Of a DNA stretch of 64,000 nt, positions 52,200 to 64,000 are shown one piece after another. The position numbers and the translations under genes were made by a program. Source of the stretch: Epiperipatus broadwayi (Eukaryota > Animalia > Onychophora); the NCBI GenBank assembly GCA_028023455.1, contig JAQFVV010000003.1:5642001-5706000 (forward strand), in the 5' to 3' direction. A model generated the notes under the pieces. That model worked only from the letters and a program-made list of their open reading frames with translations. It was not told the origin of the DNA and searched no databases. The stretch's first letter is position 1. The number at the start of each line of letters is the position of its first letter.

Positions 52200-53953
52200 T
52201 TTGGAAATAGAAATAATGTTGATTTCTATAATCTTAGAAAATGGAAATGATTGTCTTATTAATTAAATGATTGTTCAAAAGCAAACTGGCCCCTGAGGCA
52301 TTTAAAATAAATTAAAGAGTCAGATAAGAGAGTACAAAGAAATTAAATGACCAATGCAAACACCAGAAATGTCAGCACGGACCGTAATTGAAACACCAGA
52401 GGATTAGTGACGTCTTGCCAGTTGAATCCAAAGATTGGATGATAAGAGACTAATAAAAATATAAAAGCAAAATTATTATTATAATTGTTATCTGAGAGCT
52501 GACTATGAATATGTCGTTATAACTAGCTATATTGCAGATTTTCACGATGTGGAAGTCTGCAATAAATTTAATTTTCGGACAACCAGCTGAGACCTCCCTA
52601 TGACAGTTAGGGACCAAAAAGGAATGGCAAGTAGCGGCTTCATTTTTAAAAAGGAAGAACAAACAATCTACATAAGTGATCATGAAGATGGACCTCAAAA
52701 TCTGCAGAATCCGTAAAGTATAAACTTTTACCAATTGAACTTTCTTTTAAATAATTACCGTATAACGTCAATAAGTAATCAATCCCCCCCCAAAAAAAAG
52801 TAATATAAATGAATGTACTCTTATCTGACCAAGAATAGAACTCTAAATCAATTATAAATATTTGTTTTTATATACGTTTGCTATTTCAATCATTTCCATT
52901 TTTTTTAAATTTAATTATTTATGTTTGTATTTAACTAGGTTATTTATTTCTATCTGTTAAATAAAATGTATTAAATTAAAGTTGGGTGTAGATAGCTGCA
53001 TGGATAAAGATTAATAACTATGTTTAAATTCGTTTATGTTTAATTTAAGGGATTTTAATTTCAGGCTATTTGTTTCGTAGTTAGGGCAATGCTTGTGGAG
53101 GGATATATGGGTGTTTATATTAATGTAATGTGAAGCGTGTTTAGCATACAGGGCAATGTGCCCAACTGAATGCATGACCCCAAAGAGGCAGTCATATCGT
53201 TGAAATGGTCGCAGATGTATTTCCTGCACCATTGACCCCTTCTAGCTCTATGGACAGGGATTTATAAGACGGCAGAAAGACTGCTCTCCCCCATATGTAG
53301 CACTCTTTAAAAATAACCATACATGATTCCTTAGTCAGACAGATGTACTTTCCTGTTCTGGACATGGATCATTTCCTTCAAATAATATCATGCTGTCAGA
53401 TGCACATTCCTGTCAGCATGGTTTTATGCTAGCATCTTCATATTACATTGATTGCGACTATATATCTGGAAGCAGGCATTGGGTTGGCTACGAACTTTTA
53501 GTCTGAGATTGAATGAATGTTTTGATAAGTTTTTAAGTGGAAAAAAATCTATGTAGACTATCTATGCTCGACATGCTAAAGTAAAATATAATTTAAATAT
53601 CCATCTGTGTGGTCTATTTAAAATAGTAATTTAAATTTAAAAAAATTAATGTTAAAATCTAAAAATAAATTTATTCCTCAATTTTAAATGTGCGTTAATA
53701 AAATCTATTTGTGTGTTAATTACTGGCAGTGGCTTCTTTTATTTTATTGTTTTAAATATTAATATATTTTGAGAATATAAATCTATTAAAACTTATAAAA
53801 ATGTTTAAATCTCTGCTACTCTATGAGCTAGTGACATTGGGCAAACGGTCAGAATAATATATATAAAAAATTTTTTTGAATCTTAACTTACGTATCTGCC
53901 TACTATATAAAATTTTCTAGGTTCAAATGCCTAGATGGCGCCCTTGTAGTGCA
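52200..53953 (-). mobile_element. Unclassified repeat, copy B (opposite orientation to copy A)
   Basis: The reverse complement begins TGCACTACAAGGGCGCCATCTAGGCATTTGAA, as at 13573. Homology to copy A continues in blocks to ~52240. Confidence 0.7.
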
Positions 53954-54204
53954 CATAATGGCTCCTCTCCCCGATCATTAAACTATATATATTATAACTT
54001 CATAGCATATTATTTGTCTAAATTATAGTATTCAAACAAGGGTCATTTATTTTAAACAGTAAAATTTATTCAATGTTGTTAGTGATATGTATTATTACTG
54101 CATTTCTGACATTTGACCAATCTTTGTGTTCTATATATATGTGTGCTTCTTAATCTGGGGGTTGCGACAAGATCGAACCCATAGATTTCTCGTTATTTAT
54201 TCCG

Positions 54205-54390
54205 TATAAAATGCCTCTGGCGGTGATCCCGTAAGTTTGGCACACACTATGCATATCACTTCTTCATATAAAAAGGCCCCTGGCAGTGACCCCTAAGTCT
54301 GGCACATGCTATGCCCATCCATTTCTTTATATAAAAAGGCCTCTGGCAGTGATCCCTAAGTATGGCACACGGTATGCCATCCACTTCATC
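54205..54390. repeat. Minisatellite, 3 x ~62 bp
   Basis: Units start TATAAAA(A/T)GGC(C)TCTGGC(A/G)GTGA at 54205, 54267 and 54330. Confidence 0.9.
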
Positions 54391-57300
54391 TTTCATCCAG
54401 AAGCACGACTTTTCATATTATTTCTTGGTTATAATGTCAGCACCGCAAACTTCTCGTATATTTATTTCTTTTGCTTCATGACCCAGTTTTAATGCTCTAA
54501 TATTAAAATTATGCTTTGCTTAAAATATATATATAAATGCCAATTATTTCTATCTATTAATTAAGTTTATTTCAATCATATACAATCTCACCATTGTAAT
54601 TTATATATCTATATTTAAGAGTATCTATATGCCTTGGGGAAAATAAAGCATTCGTCTTACTATCATTAAAATAATTTTTTATTAAATATTTTGTCATAGT
54701 TTCAAATATAATCTTTTAACTGTCTTTTGTTTATTTTCACGGCCTCAATGGCATGAAAATAGTTTGTATTTATATCTGTAATGAATCTCAGAATGTTCCC
54801 GAAATCATATGTTAGTCACCATGTTTCAGAACCATAACCCAAAGCATTAATAGCAATTTTATGTAACTTCTTTCTAATAACTGATTGGCATCTTAATATT
54901 AAACCCACCAAAGATGTGTGCTTATTTATAATGTATCATTTAGCTAATAAAGAGCATATGAGAAATAATAGCATGAATGACACTATGTAATCCTCTATCG
55001 CTTGGTAGACCACTTGCTCATTCACACACACACTAATGTATATACTTTATAAATATATAATAATTTGTCAGTATATTAAACTATATATTTTATTGTCTAA
55101 CTTATTTGAGTAGTTCGAATTCCTTCATTTCTCCACTTCCACATATTACAGCCATGCTTATGTATATTTTAATATAGTCATAGTTAATAGATGTTTCATT
55201 GTTTTGCTCAGCTTTGCTAGTCAGCCAGATTAAGATTAATTCTCATGTGCCATCACTATTATATTATTCATTAGGTGTTTTATCTGGGGCTTAGAGAGTG
55301 GGTTCGAATCCATGCTGGTCCCTGACCTAAATCTTGGGCTTGATTGGGTTTGAAGTACATTTTGTGAGTTCCAGCTCATGTTAGATGGATAAACATGTTT
55401 TGACTGGTACATAGGAATTTTTTTTCTCATATATATATATATGAATTTTATACATATGAATTTTATGTTTATTTTCAACATGAAATTAATTGTGAAAAAT
55501 ATAATATTTTAATAAGTTTATCATTTTTACAAATTAAATATCATATATGAACATCAGTGTGTGCACACACATATATCTTAAATAAATCATTAATTATGTA
55601 CTAAAAATTAATATTCATTTATAAATTTATGACAATTCAAATATGTTCATAAATTATTATACTGCACATTTGTATGCTTATATATATGTGTGTTTTATGT
55701 AAAGCTTTTGAAACCTTGCAATGTAATAGTGGCTTTCTTTTTGGTATTAATCAACATTAGATGGCTTAATTTATATGTATTGCATCATTCTACAGACTTT
55801 AATTTAATTTTATTATTATTAATAAATATATATTTCATTGTTAAAGTTATTCCAGTGAATTTATTCAATCCAAAATAGTTTTACAATAGTATATGTTTAT
55901 ATTATATCTTTTGATCACAATTTTGCTCTCTGATATGGATTCATGCATCCAGTTTATGATGATCCTGGTTGGTGGAAAAGATATCCTTTAAAGTCCATGC
56001 ACTACATTTCATTTTAATTATTTAGCTAGAAATTAAGTTTATATTGGCCAGTATATTAATAGTACTAAATGGCCAGAGCATTGATGATGATTAGCATGTT
56101 TTATTATCCCAGCATTATGTTTTGTTATATTCGTATGGATTAGCATTTAAGTATGTGCATCCAAATTATGGTTTAAATAATCTGCCCCAAGCTGACAAGG
56201 GCTTATTGGCCTGGTTTATAGTAGATCCATTTCAAATCAGTCAACAGATTGGCTGTTGATTTATTTTATTATTGATCATTCTTGATGATGAATGATTATT
56301 ACTTTTGTGTAATGCTGGTGAATATATAGTTAATTCTTGATCTCTCATGTTCCTCATATTCATAATTTTTCAGGCTCATGCTCATTAGATTCATTTGTAT
56401 TTAATTTTATCTTTTGACTTGGGATTTATGATGATGAATTCCACCACCCCCTAAATTCTATGTACCATTACAAATTATATTCCTTTTATATTTAATTTGA
56501 TATTTTATTTATTTAGGAATAATTATCATCCCAGGTTCCACCTAAATTCTCTATGCAATATATATCTTATATTTCATTAGTCTATTAATCCCTCTAATTA
56601 CATATATAGGAAATATTCAGTATAAGTAAATTATATTATATATATTTGTACACAGTATATGTATTAACTTGTTGACTGTGTTTGCCAAAGATTTTTATGC
56701 TCACTTTAAATTGCTCTCAAACCACTAATTTTTAAGTTATTTTGCCAATTTTATGGTTATTTTATCAAAAAAAAAAGCACCTTATGATGGTGCACCCTTT
56801 ATAATTGTTTTATAACTAATAAATCAATAATATTTAAATTGAAAGTTATAACAATGAGATAAGGCCTGCCTTCCAAGGTGCTGATTGTTTGTTTCTCATT
56901 CTCTACACAAGGGAGCACTTGCTAACAATTTTGACAGTTCTAAGTTCTTTGCTTTGATTTTCAAAATGAAAATGTATGTTTTAGAGTATTTTTTACCTAT
57001 TTATTATGATTTTCATAAAATATATGTAAAATGTAATTATTTTGGAAGAATAGTTCAGATTTTATCAAAAATTATTTACTTTTACAAGAAGGTAAATTGA
57101 GAAAGAAATCAATGACATCGGCTGCATTTTGTAATAGGTTGAGAAAAGTATGTTTTATGTTGTAAGCTATAGATTATTTTTATCAATTATAAATAGAAAT
57201 TTATTTTTGAAAAAACTTTTGCTTACTTTAGTAATCTGACAAATTATTAATTTGTTTTTAGAAATTAAACCAAAATAAGTATAATTTTAAAAGATAAATA

Positions 57301-57588
57301 TATTTTTACTGCTCATTCTGTAATTAACCAATCAAAAGTGTAAAACTTTAATTCACTTGGCCAACAAAAATATTTGCAGTTAAATGGACTATAAATAGGT
57401 TAATAGTAATGTTTATTAAAAAAATATAGTTGTATAAATGCTAAGTGATTACATCATATATAATAATTTAACATTGCAATGTTACAATTCAGAATTTGCT
57501 AACCTATGTAACATCTTAGGTCTTACTTCTACAATGAGTTCCTACATTTAAATTAGTTCTGTTTAAAAATTTACAAACTTTTTGTTTC

Positions 57589-57591
<3 letters not shown>

Positions 57592-57628
<37 letters not shown>
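57592..57628. repeat. (TA)n microsatellite
   Basis: Direct reading. Confidence 0.99.
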
Positions 57629-57631
<3 letters not shown>

Positions 57632-57999
57632 AATGGAATATAAATTAAAATATGGGATGACAATAGAAAAACTTTAAAATGTCTCAGAAATTATGACATC
57701 ATTTATAATAATATAAATCTAGTCTAAACATAAAGCACCATTTTGTAACAGCCCCAAAGTTGATGTGCCACTTTGTAACAATTGCCACCTGTACATGATC
57801 ATCATCAGACACCATTGGGTAGTCATTTTGTAATGATAATAATTGATCTTCTACCCCACTATCTCACTACATTGGTTTGGTCAGCATTTGTCATGAAACA
57901 AACGAAATTTCCCTATAGGTTTTTACACCACCATCTATTACTGATACAAAATGAAAATAAAAGATAATGAAGAAATGCCCTTATGGTTTAAATATTATT

Positions 58000-59400
58000 T
58001 ATAACAGAGCAAAACATGCATCAATAAATAGTAACTCTGTTATAACCTGTAATAATTATCTAGCTCAATCATTAGTTACACTATGCAATAACAATATTTC
58101 CAATACATAATTATTTAGATTGTCTACTACACTAAAGTAAAATACTGATGACAATCTCTATTCAAACCTAATTTGTTCAGATAGCATTTAAAAAAAAAAG
58201 AAACAAACAACATCATCATTTCAGATATCACAAAATCTATTCATTACCCCAAAATAAACTACAATAAGCAGTGAAATCATATATCATTGTCCTTAACAAT
58301 GATATATGCCTAAAACATCTATTTAATTTATAATTGAATGAAACCAAATTCAAATCAATAAATAACTAAGTTCTGATATACTTTACTAATCAAATATTAC
58401 ATATAGTAATGTAAATTTACATTAAAATTTAATGATATTCCCTACCTAAATAAACTAATTCCTATAAAAGATTATAACAACATTTTGAGATTGTTTTATA
58501 AACTTACAATATCTCTAATGTTTAAATAAAATAAAATCATTAATCAGCTTCATATTAAGTTCAATAAAATGTTATATAATATTAATAATTTAGCTATATT
58601 CTACTTTATATCAATATACAATTATTGCTTAAGTTGTATATTAAAATGTAATAATTGACAAGAACATATTATAATTGAGCCTATTAGATAACCTTGTATT
58701 TATAATATCCAATCATATCATTATATCAAATATACAGTAGGTTTCTATTGGATATTTACCAAATTACAATCAACTAATCCTATCCATCTATTTTAAATCT
58801 CCAGTAAATCAATTATTAAAATGGATTTTATAACAATTAAACTATATAAAATAATTATTGATATTTATTTAAGTCAAAGATAGATATTAAGATATAATAG
58901 TTAATAAAATTTATGATCCCACTCAAAGAAGTTTGAAGATAATTAAAGCAAATCATTTTGACTAATGACGGAATAAAATCTATCAAGATCTTTATAACTG
59001 AACAAGATAAGTCAAGCTCTTAAAAGTTATTTATACAACTAATATTAACTTAGATAAACAAATAAATATTTCAATGTAATGACAATATAAAATTTATATC
59101 TAATTAAACTTAAATAATAATCGTATAATAAAATATACATGTATATAACCCTATTTCACTTAGCCGATATTGGTTTGATCTTAGATCAAGATTTAAGTAT
59201 CAAAAATTACCTTGCACACTTAAAAAAATAATAATTAGACAGATTTATTGGGTTTCAATCTGTCTTTAGAATTATTGATTTATAACAAGAATTAATAAGG
59301 ATAGCAATAAAATTAAAAATAAACGATGTATGCAATTGGCTAAAATAGTAGCCAGTTTAAAATATATATACAAATACTATTTCTCTTTAATATAGAAGTA
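58000..59400 (+). pseudogene. Possible ancient LINE RT remnant
   Basis: A/C-skewed tract with faint RT-order motifs (KWI, PTQRSL resembling PQGS, FxxND). The signal is weak. Confidence 0.25.
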
Positions 59401-61473
59401 ATTGATAGTCTATTACTATATAAAATCAATAATGAATAATAAATATATATATATATGAAACTCAAAAGTGTGTTGTATGACAATAATACTATATATAAAC
59501 TGAAGGAGAGGTTCCAAATATCTTCCTTAGACTTTAAATAGAATATACAATGATAAAAAAAAATGTGATCAAATAAAATTGATTTTTATTTATTCATTAA
59601 TATAATTTCTAAATAATTAAACCAACATGAAAATCTATTGTATTTAAACCCTTCTATATGAATATCCCAAGTTAAATTTTAAAAATTAAAAAAAATGAAT
59701 ATTTGAAAACATTATAACATTAATCTATATCATCAGATAAGAGTTTAAATATAATAAAAAAAGAATCTCTCCGACCTTTTATTGTGTGAATGGTTACATA
59801 TAATAACCTATATATATTATTTGATCTTGTATTTTAAATTAGAAATATGAACAAAACATACATTTTTTAATGGAAATCTACACACAGATATCATACCACA
59901 TAAGTGAAAAGTTTCATTCTTCCTTTTTACCCACTGGTTCATTGTAACTCCTGGTTTCTTGTTTCTGATTTCAATGCATAAAAACAATTCTTCTTGAAGT
60001 AGAAAAGACAAGCATGAATAATAATAATTGAGGATTTGAATTCAATTACCTTTGTTTTTAAATTTCAATATTTTTCTTTCAAGTATATAAATATATTCAA
60101 ACTTTTAAAATAACAGTTACTTGGTCGATGCAAAATCTGCATATCACTGTCTTTATTTTTTTATTGATAATAATATATAAAGAGAATTCTTTCATTGACA
60201 AAATTCAGTTACAATCCAAATGAATATTAAATGCTAGCATTTTTCCAAGTCAGTAAAGTGAAACTTCAATTGCTCAATATCACATAGAAGTTAAATTAAT
60301 CGATCTTGTAAAATTCATTGATCAAAAATATGTCATCTATATATACATCATGGTATTTGTATTCATCATTAATACAAATATGAAATCTCAGATTTTAACA
60401 ATGGAATATTTTATAGATTACTTGCAATGAATTTGATGAATTTTTTTAATAATACATTTTGCCATTTCCCCAGGAATTCCATTGACAAACTGCCCCAAAC
60501 TAAAAGGGGAGACAGTTAAATTTTTATTCTTCCATGGTTTTAGAAATTAATCACTTTTAAAAATAAAATTGATAATTTTTAAAGATGAATGTGAAAGTGT
60601 CCATTCTAAGCAATGAAAAAGTTATAAGACTAGAGTTGAAGTGTTTCAGTTCTATTTATAACATATCTTTGCTGACATTAATGTTATTAAGGCAACTCTT
60701 CAATCAAACTCAAAGATAACTCTTTCCGGTGTAATAAAATTGTTTCTATAATGAATAAAAATGAAGACTTTTAAAAAATATTTGATACAAAAAAAATTCT
60801 GTTTTACAATTTCAATATTATTTTTTATTTTAAATCAAAAATAAAAAATTCACATTACATTTTCTATAACTTTTAATGAATATAAATTTTTAGCATATAT
60901 TTTTAATAATATATTCCAATAAACAAATAAATAAATAAACATATATGAAAAAACAAATATTTAATTTTGTGATAAATAAGTTGTTACTGTGAATGTAATA
61001 ACAAAATTGACACATAATAAGTAATAATAATGATTTTATTCAAGCAATTTATTTTATGATTCACTTAATTATTTTCCAGTATTTATTTATTTGTTTGTTT
61101 ATTTATATTTCCCCTAAAATTGATCAAAATGAATTTATGATTTGATGCTAATATTAATAATAAATTATGATAATATTTTAAAATATTAGGTTGCCATGGT
61201 TATCTAGTTAACATTTATACTTCAACACCTCCATTATCCATAGATCAAGTGAAATGAAATTAAATAAGATCAATAAACTTCCTTTTATACATATATACTG
61301 TGATATACAGCTCTAATCCAGGAAGATACAATATATATATATATATATATATATATTGCTAAAAGGAGGTTGCCTTGACAACAATTTAAAATTCTTGATT
61401 GTTATCTATATTGGGATTGTCTAAGTATTGACTCGTTTCTAATGGTTATATATATATATATATATATATATAT

Positions 61474-61824
61474 GATAAACAAAAATGCAAGTTAAAAAAC
61501 TTGCTAACGCTTGTATTTATGTCCACAGATGGCGTCCTACCAAGACTGCCATCAAGCGTATGTTTTGTTTACATAAACGTCAGAGTAGTTAGTATTCACT
61601 ATCTCTAACTATAATTCCACTTTCAGATCATGATTTCAAGCTATTTGCTATCGTCAGTGAAAGACAGGAATAAAGAAACTAGATCTGAATACAAACTCTG
61701 AGCGTTTATGAAACAATTTCTATTCAGCTTGCAAGCGTGAATTTTTTAGACACGTAATACTCTGACATTTATGTAAACAAAACATACGCTTGATTGGCAG
61801 TCTTGGTAGGACGCCATCTGTGGA
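61474..61824. mobile_element. (TA)n-flanked non-autonomous element with ~68-bp inverted repeats
   Basis: 61522-~61588 (TCCACAGATGGCGTCCTACCAAGACTGCC...) is the reverse complement of ~61757-61824. (TA)n lies at 61447-61473 and 61825-61837. Confidence 0.85.
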
Positions 61825-64000
61825 TATATATATATATAATAGTTTTTAATTAATGGACATTTTATCTGTATTACATATATATATATATATAATCAAAATT
61901 ACCCCAAATTCATGACTCAAACAGATTATATATATATATTGAAATGTAAAAACATAATGCATTGTTTAATCAGCAATTATTAATTTAATATTATTTATAT
62001 AATTTTATTCATTAATATATTCTTTTGACTTAAACAAAAGAATTATTTAACTCATTCTGCTTATAATAGTAATCTTTTTTAGTTATTTCAACTCTTATAT
62101 ATGACTACTACAAATCAAAATAAGAATACATTTTATTTATATTAAGCAGATTTTACTTGCTTAATTTTAAAGTATAAAAAATTAAATACCCACAATTAAA
62201 AATGTATTTGTATGTATGTATATTAATGATATAAGTGGCAACATATTAATAACTGTGAATTTTTAAAAAAAATAACATCTATTTTGCAAATATCTAAAAA
62301 TGTTAATCTTCTTGCATTCTGATATCTATTATTTTATCCGGTGAGAGTTTTGACAATGCTCAATCTTTGTGTTCATATAAAATCTTTATTTTATACTAAA
62401 ACTCAACAAATTGAATTTAAATTCTTTTTCATTTAATTTTATAAATGAATAATATTCTACAACACCATATTTGATTATTTGAAATATTTAAAACTGATTG
62501 TATAAATACAACAGTCACCCATAAATGCCCCACAGATGTTCATGTTAACACTTTCTGAAAACTTAACAAATTCATTTTTTATTTAATTTTTTTAATGTGA
62601 ACAAATGAAGATAGATTTTTGATAATTCTATCAAATTCTGCTTTAAAATCTAATATTTTCTTACTAAAATTACAATATTTTAAAAAAATTTAACACCAAA
62701 TCCATTGTGGATAATGGTTGAATAGATGCTTTCATTTTTTTCTTTATATTATAACTTTTATTTCTAAAAGTAAAACATAAATGACTAAACTGAAAATTTA
62801 TCTGTGCATTACTTTTTAATAATCAATCAATTAGTGTGTAAAAATAATCAAAAATACCTTATAATTATTTTGTTATAGTTCAAAATCTTTGTGTGAAAAG
62901 TAGACCAAAAGGATGCAACACCCTGTAGGTGTTATCTTCTGTTAAAAAACAAGAGAGAAGTCTTTTCATCACAGCCCCAATCTATAAGATTCTGATCTTT
63001 TCATTGTTTTCAACTTTAACATCAATGAAACATTGTTAAAATCTACTTTAAAAAAACTATGTGTCAATACTACTTAGGATAATGTTAATGCTACAAAATT
63101 CTGAGAAAATTTTCAATTATTTTCAATGAAGGTGAGGGTTTACAAATAACCTTTAAATCTAGGTTAATGATGAAACTTCATGGACCCTCAATTTCTATTT
63201 AGAGATTTTAATAGCCAAAATTTGTTTATATAAATAATGATAAAATCTTTTGATGATAATTTAACCTTTCAATAAATATCACAGTAAAACCATTTAATAA
63301 TTAATATTTTAGTTATAATTATTGCACTTACATGTCAGTAACAATCAGAATATAAATACAAAAAAAAATATCCTTAAGAGAAAATACACTTCTGTGCCTG
63401 CACAAATTTTTTCACTAATGTTAACAGAAAAATAAGTATATGTTTTATTTGGGTAGGAGTTTCTCTTTTTTTGTAAAATTATCACTTTTATATTTATACA
63501 TAACTTTTAATTTCAATATATTTAATTATTAAACAAAAAATTGCCTGTCAAAAGTATATGTAATATCAGGCTGGAAATGATCTTTACCTATAATTTTATT
63601 ATTTATTTTTATTGCTTTTTAAATCAGAAAGTTGATTTTTAATTTTTATAAGATAATTTTCTTCTTTTAGAACTTAGGAATTTCATTAAATTTATTTAAA
63701 ACAAAAACATTTACAAAAAAGCCTAACTTTTTTCTCCAATAAATATATAGACTGAAGATTGCAATGAATTTTTTTGGGTTAATAATAGCTTTATACTGAC
63801 ATTTTTAAATTACAAAACTAATCTTTTATTTTTAAGATTAATTTTAGTAATTAAACTTTAATTAAACTTATAGTTTTAATGAAATTTAATTAAAGCATAC
63901 AGATTTAATGAGGTAAGTTTTTTCATTAAAAAATACAAGGGTAGAAAAGCAGAGAAAAAAAGGATTTAAAAAGGACTATAAAAGTGTTACAAAACAATAC

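Noticed and set aside
52408-52715. CRE (TGACGTC), ATTGG and TATAAAA followed by ORF MTVRDQKGMASSGF... as a host promoter and first exon
   Set aside because: The same stretch aligns in frame with the minus-strand remnant at 15.0-15.5 kb (DVLPVES/DVMSIES), so it is decayed coding sequence of the repeated element.
54205-54390. CRISPR-like array
   Set aside because: Whole units are repeated with no unique spacers, the context is eukaryotic, and there are no cas genes.
58000-59400. Possible mitochondrial insertion (NUMT)
   Set aside because: The A/C skew is suggestive, but I could not read any recognisable mitochondrial protein, tRNA or rRNA motif.

Overview
Very AT-rich eukaryotic DNA, most likely a gene-poor intergenic or intronic region of an invertebrate animal genome; the species cannot be determined from the sequence. 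I found no intact host protein-coding gene. Almost all ORFs in the supplied track are spurious or are pieces of decayed retroelements. The window is a mosaic of old mobile DNA. It holds a near full-length L1/Tx1-type LINE (~18.7-26.2 kb). An RTE-clade LINE on the minus strand (~43.7-49.5 kb) is split by three nested insertions, and further LINE remnants occur elsewhere. There are three tRNA-Gly(TCC)-derived retroposons, two with 15-bp TSDs, plus several foldback/MITE-like elements, local tandem duplications and (TA)n microsatellites. Two observations stand out. (1) A ~456-nt repeat family (34.7-35.5, 40.9-41.4, 46.3-46.5 kb) carries a minimal type I hammerhead ribozyme; it occurs as tandem, inverted and single-monomer copies and twice abuts the 5' truncation point of a LINE. 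Two more foldbacks carry different hammerhead-like cores. (2) An unclassified ~2-kb element is present as two diverged, oppositely oriented copies (13.6-15.8 and 52.2-54.0 kb), with convergent coding remnants and an exactly conserved internal 15-bp inverted motif. All alignments and translations were done by eye, and the boundaries of decayed elements are approximate.
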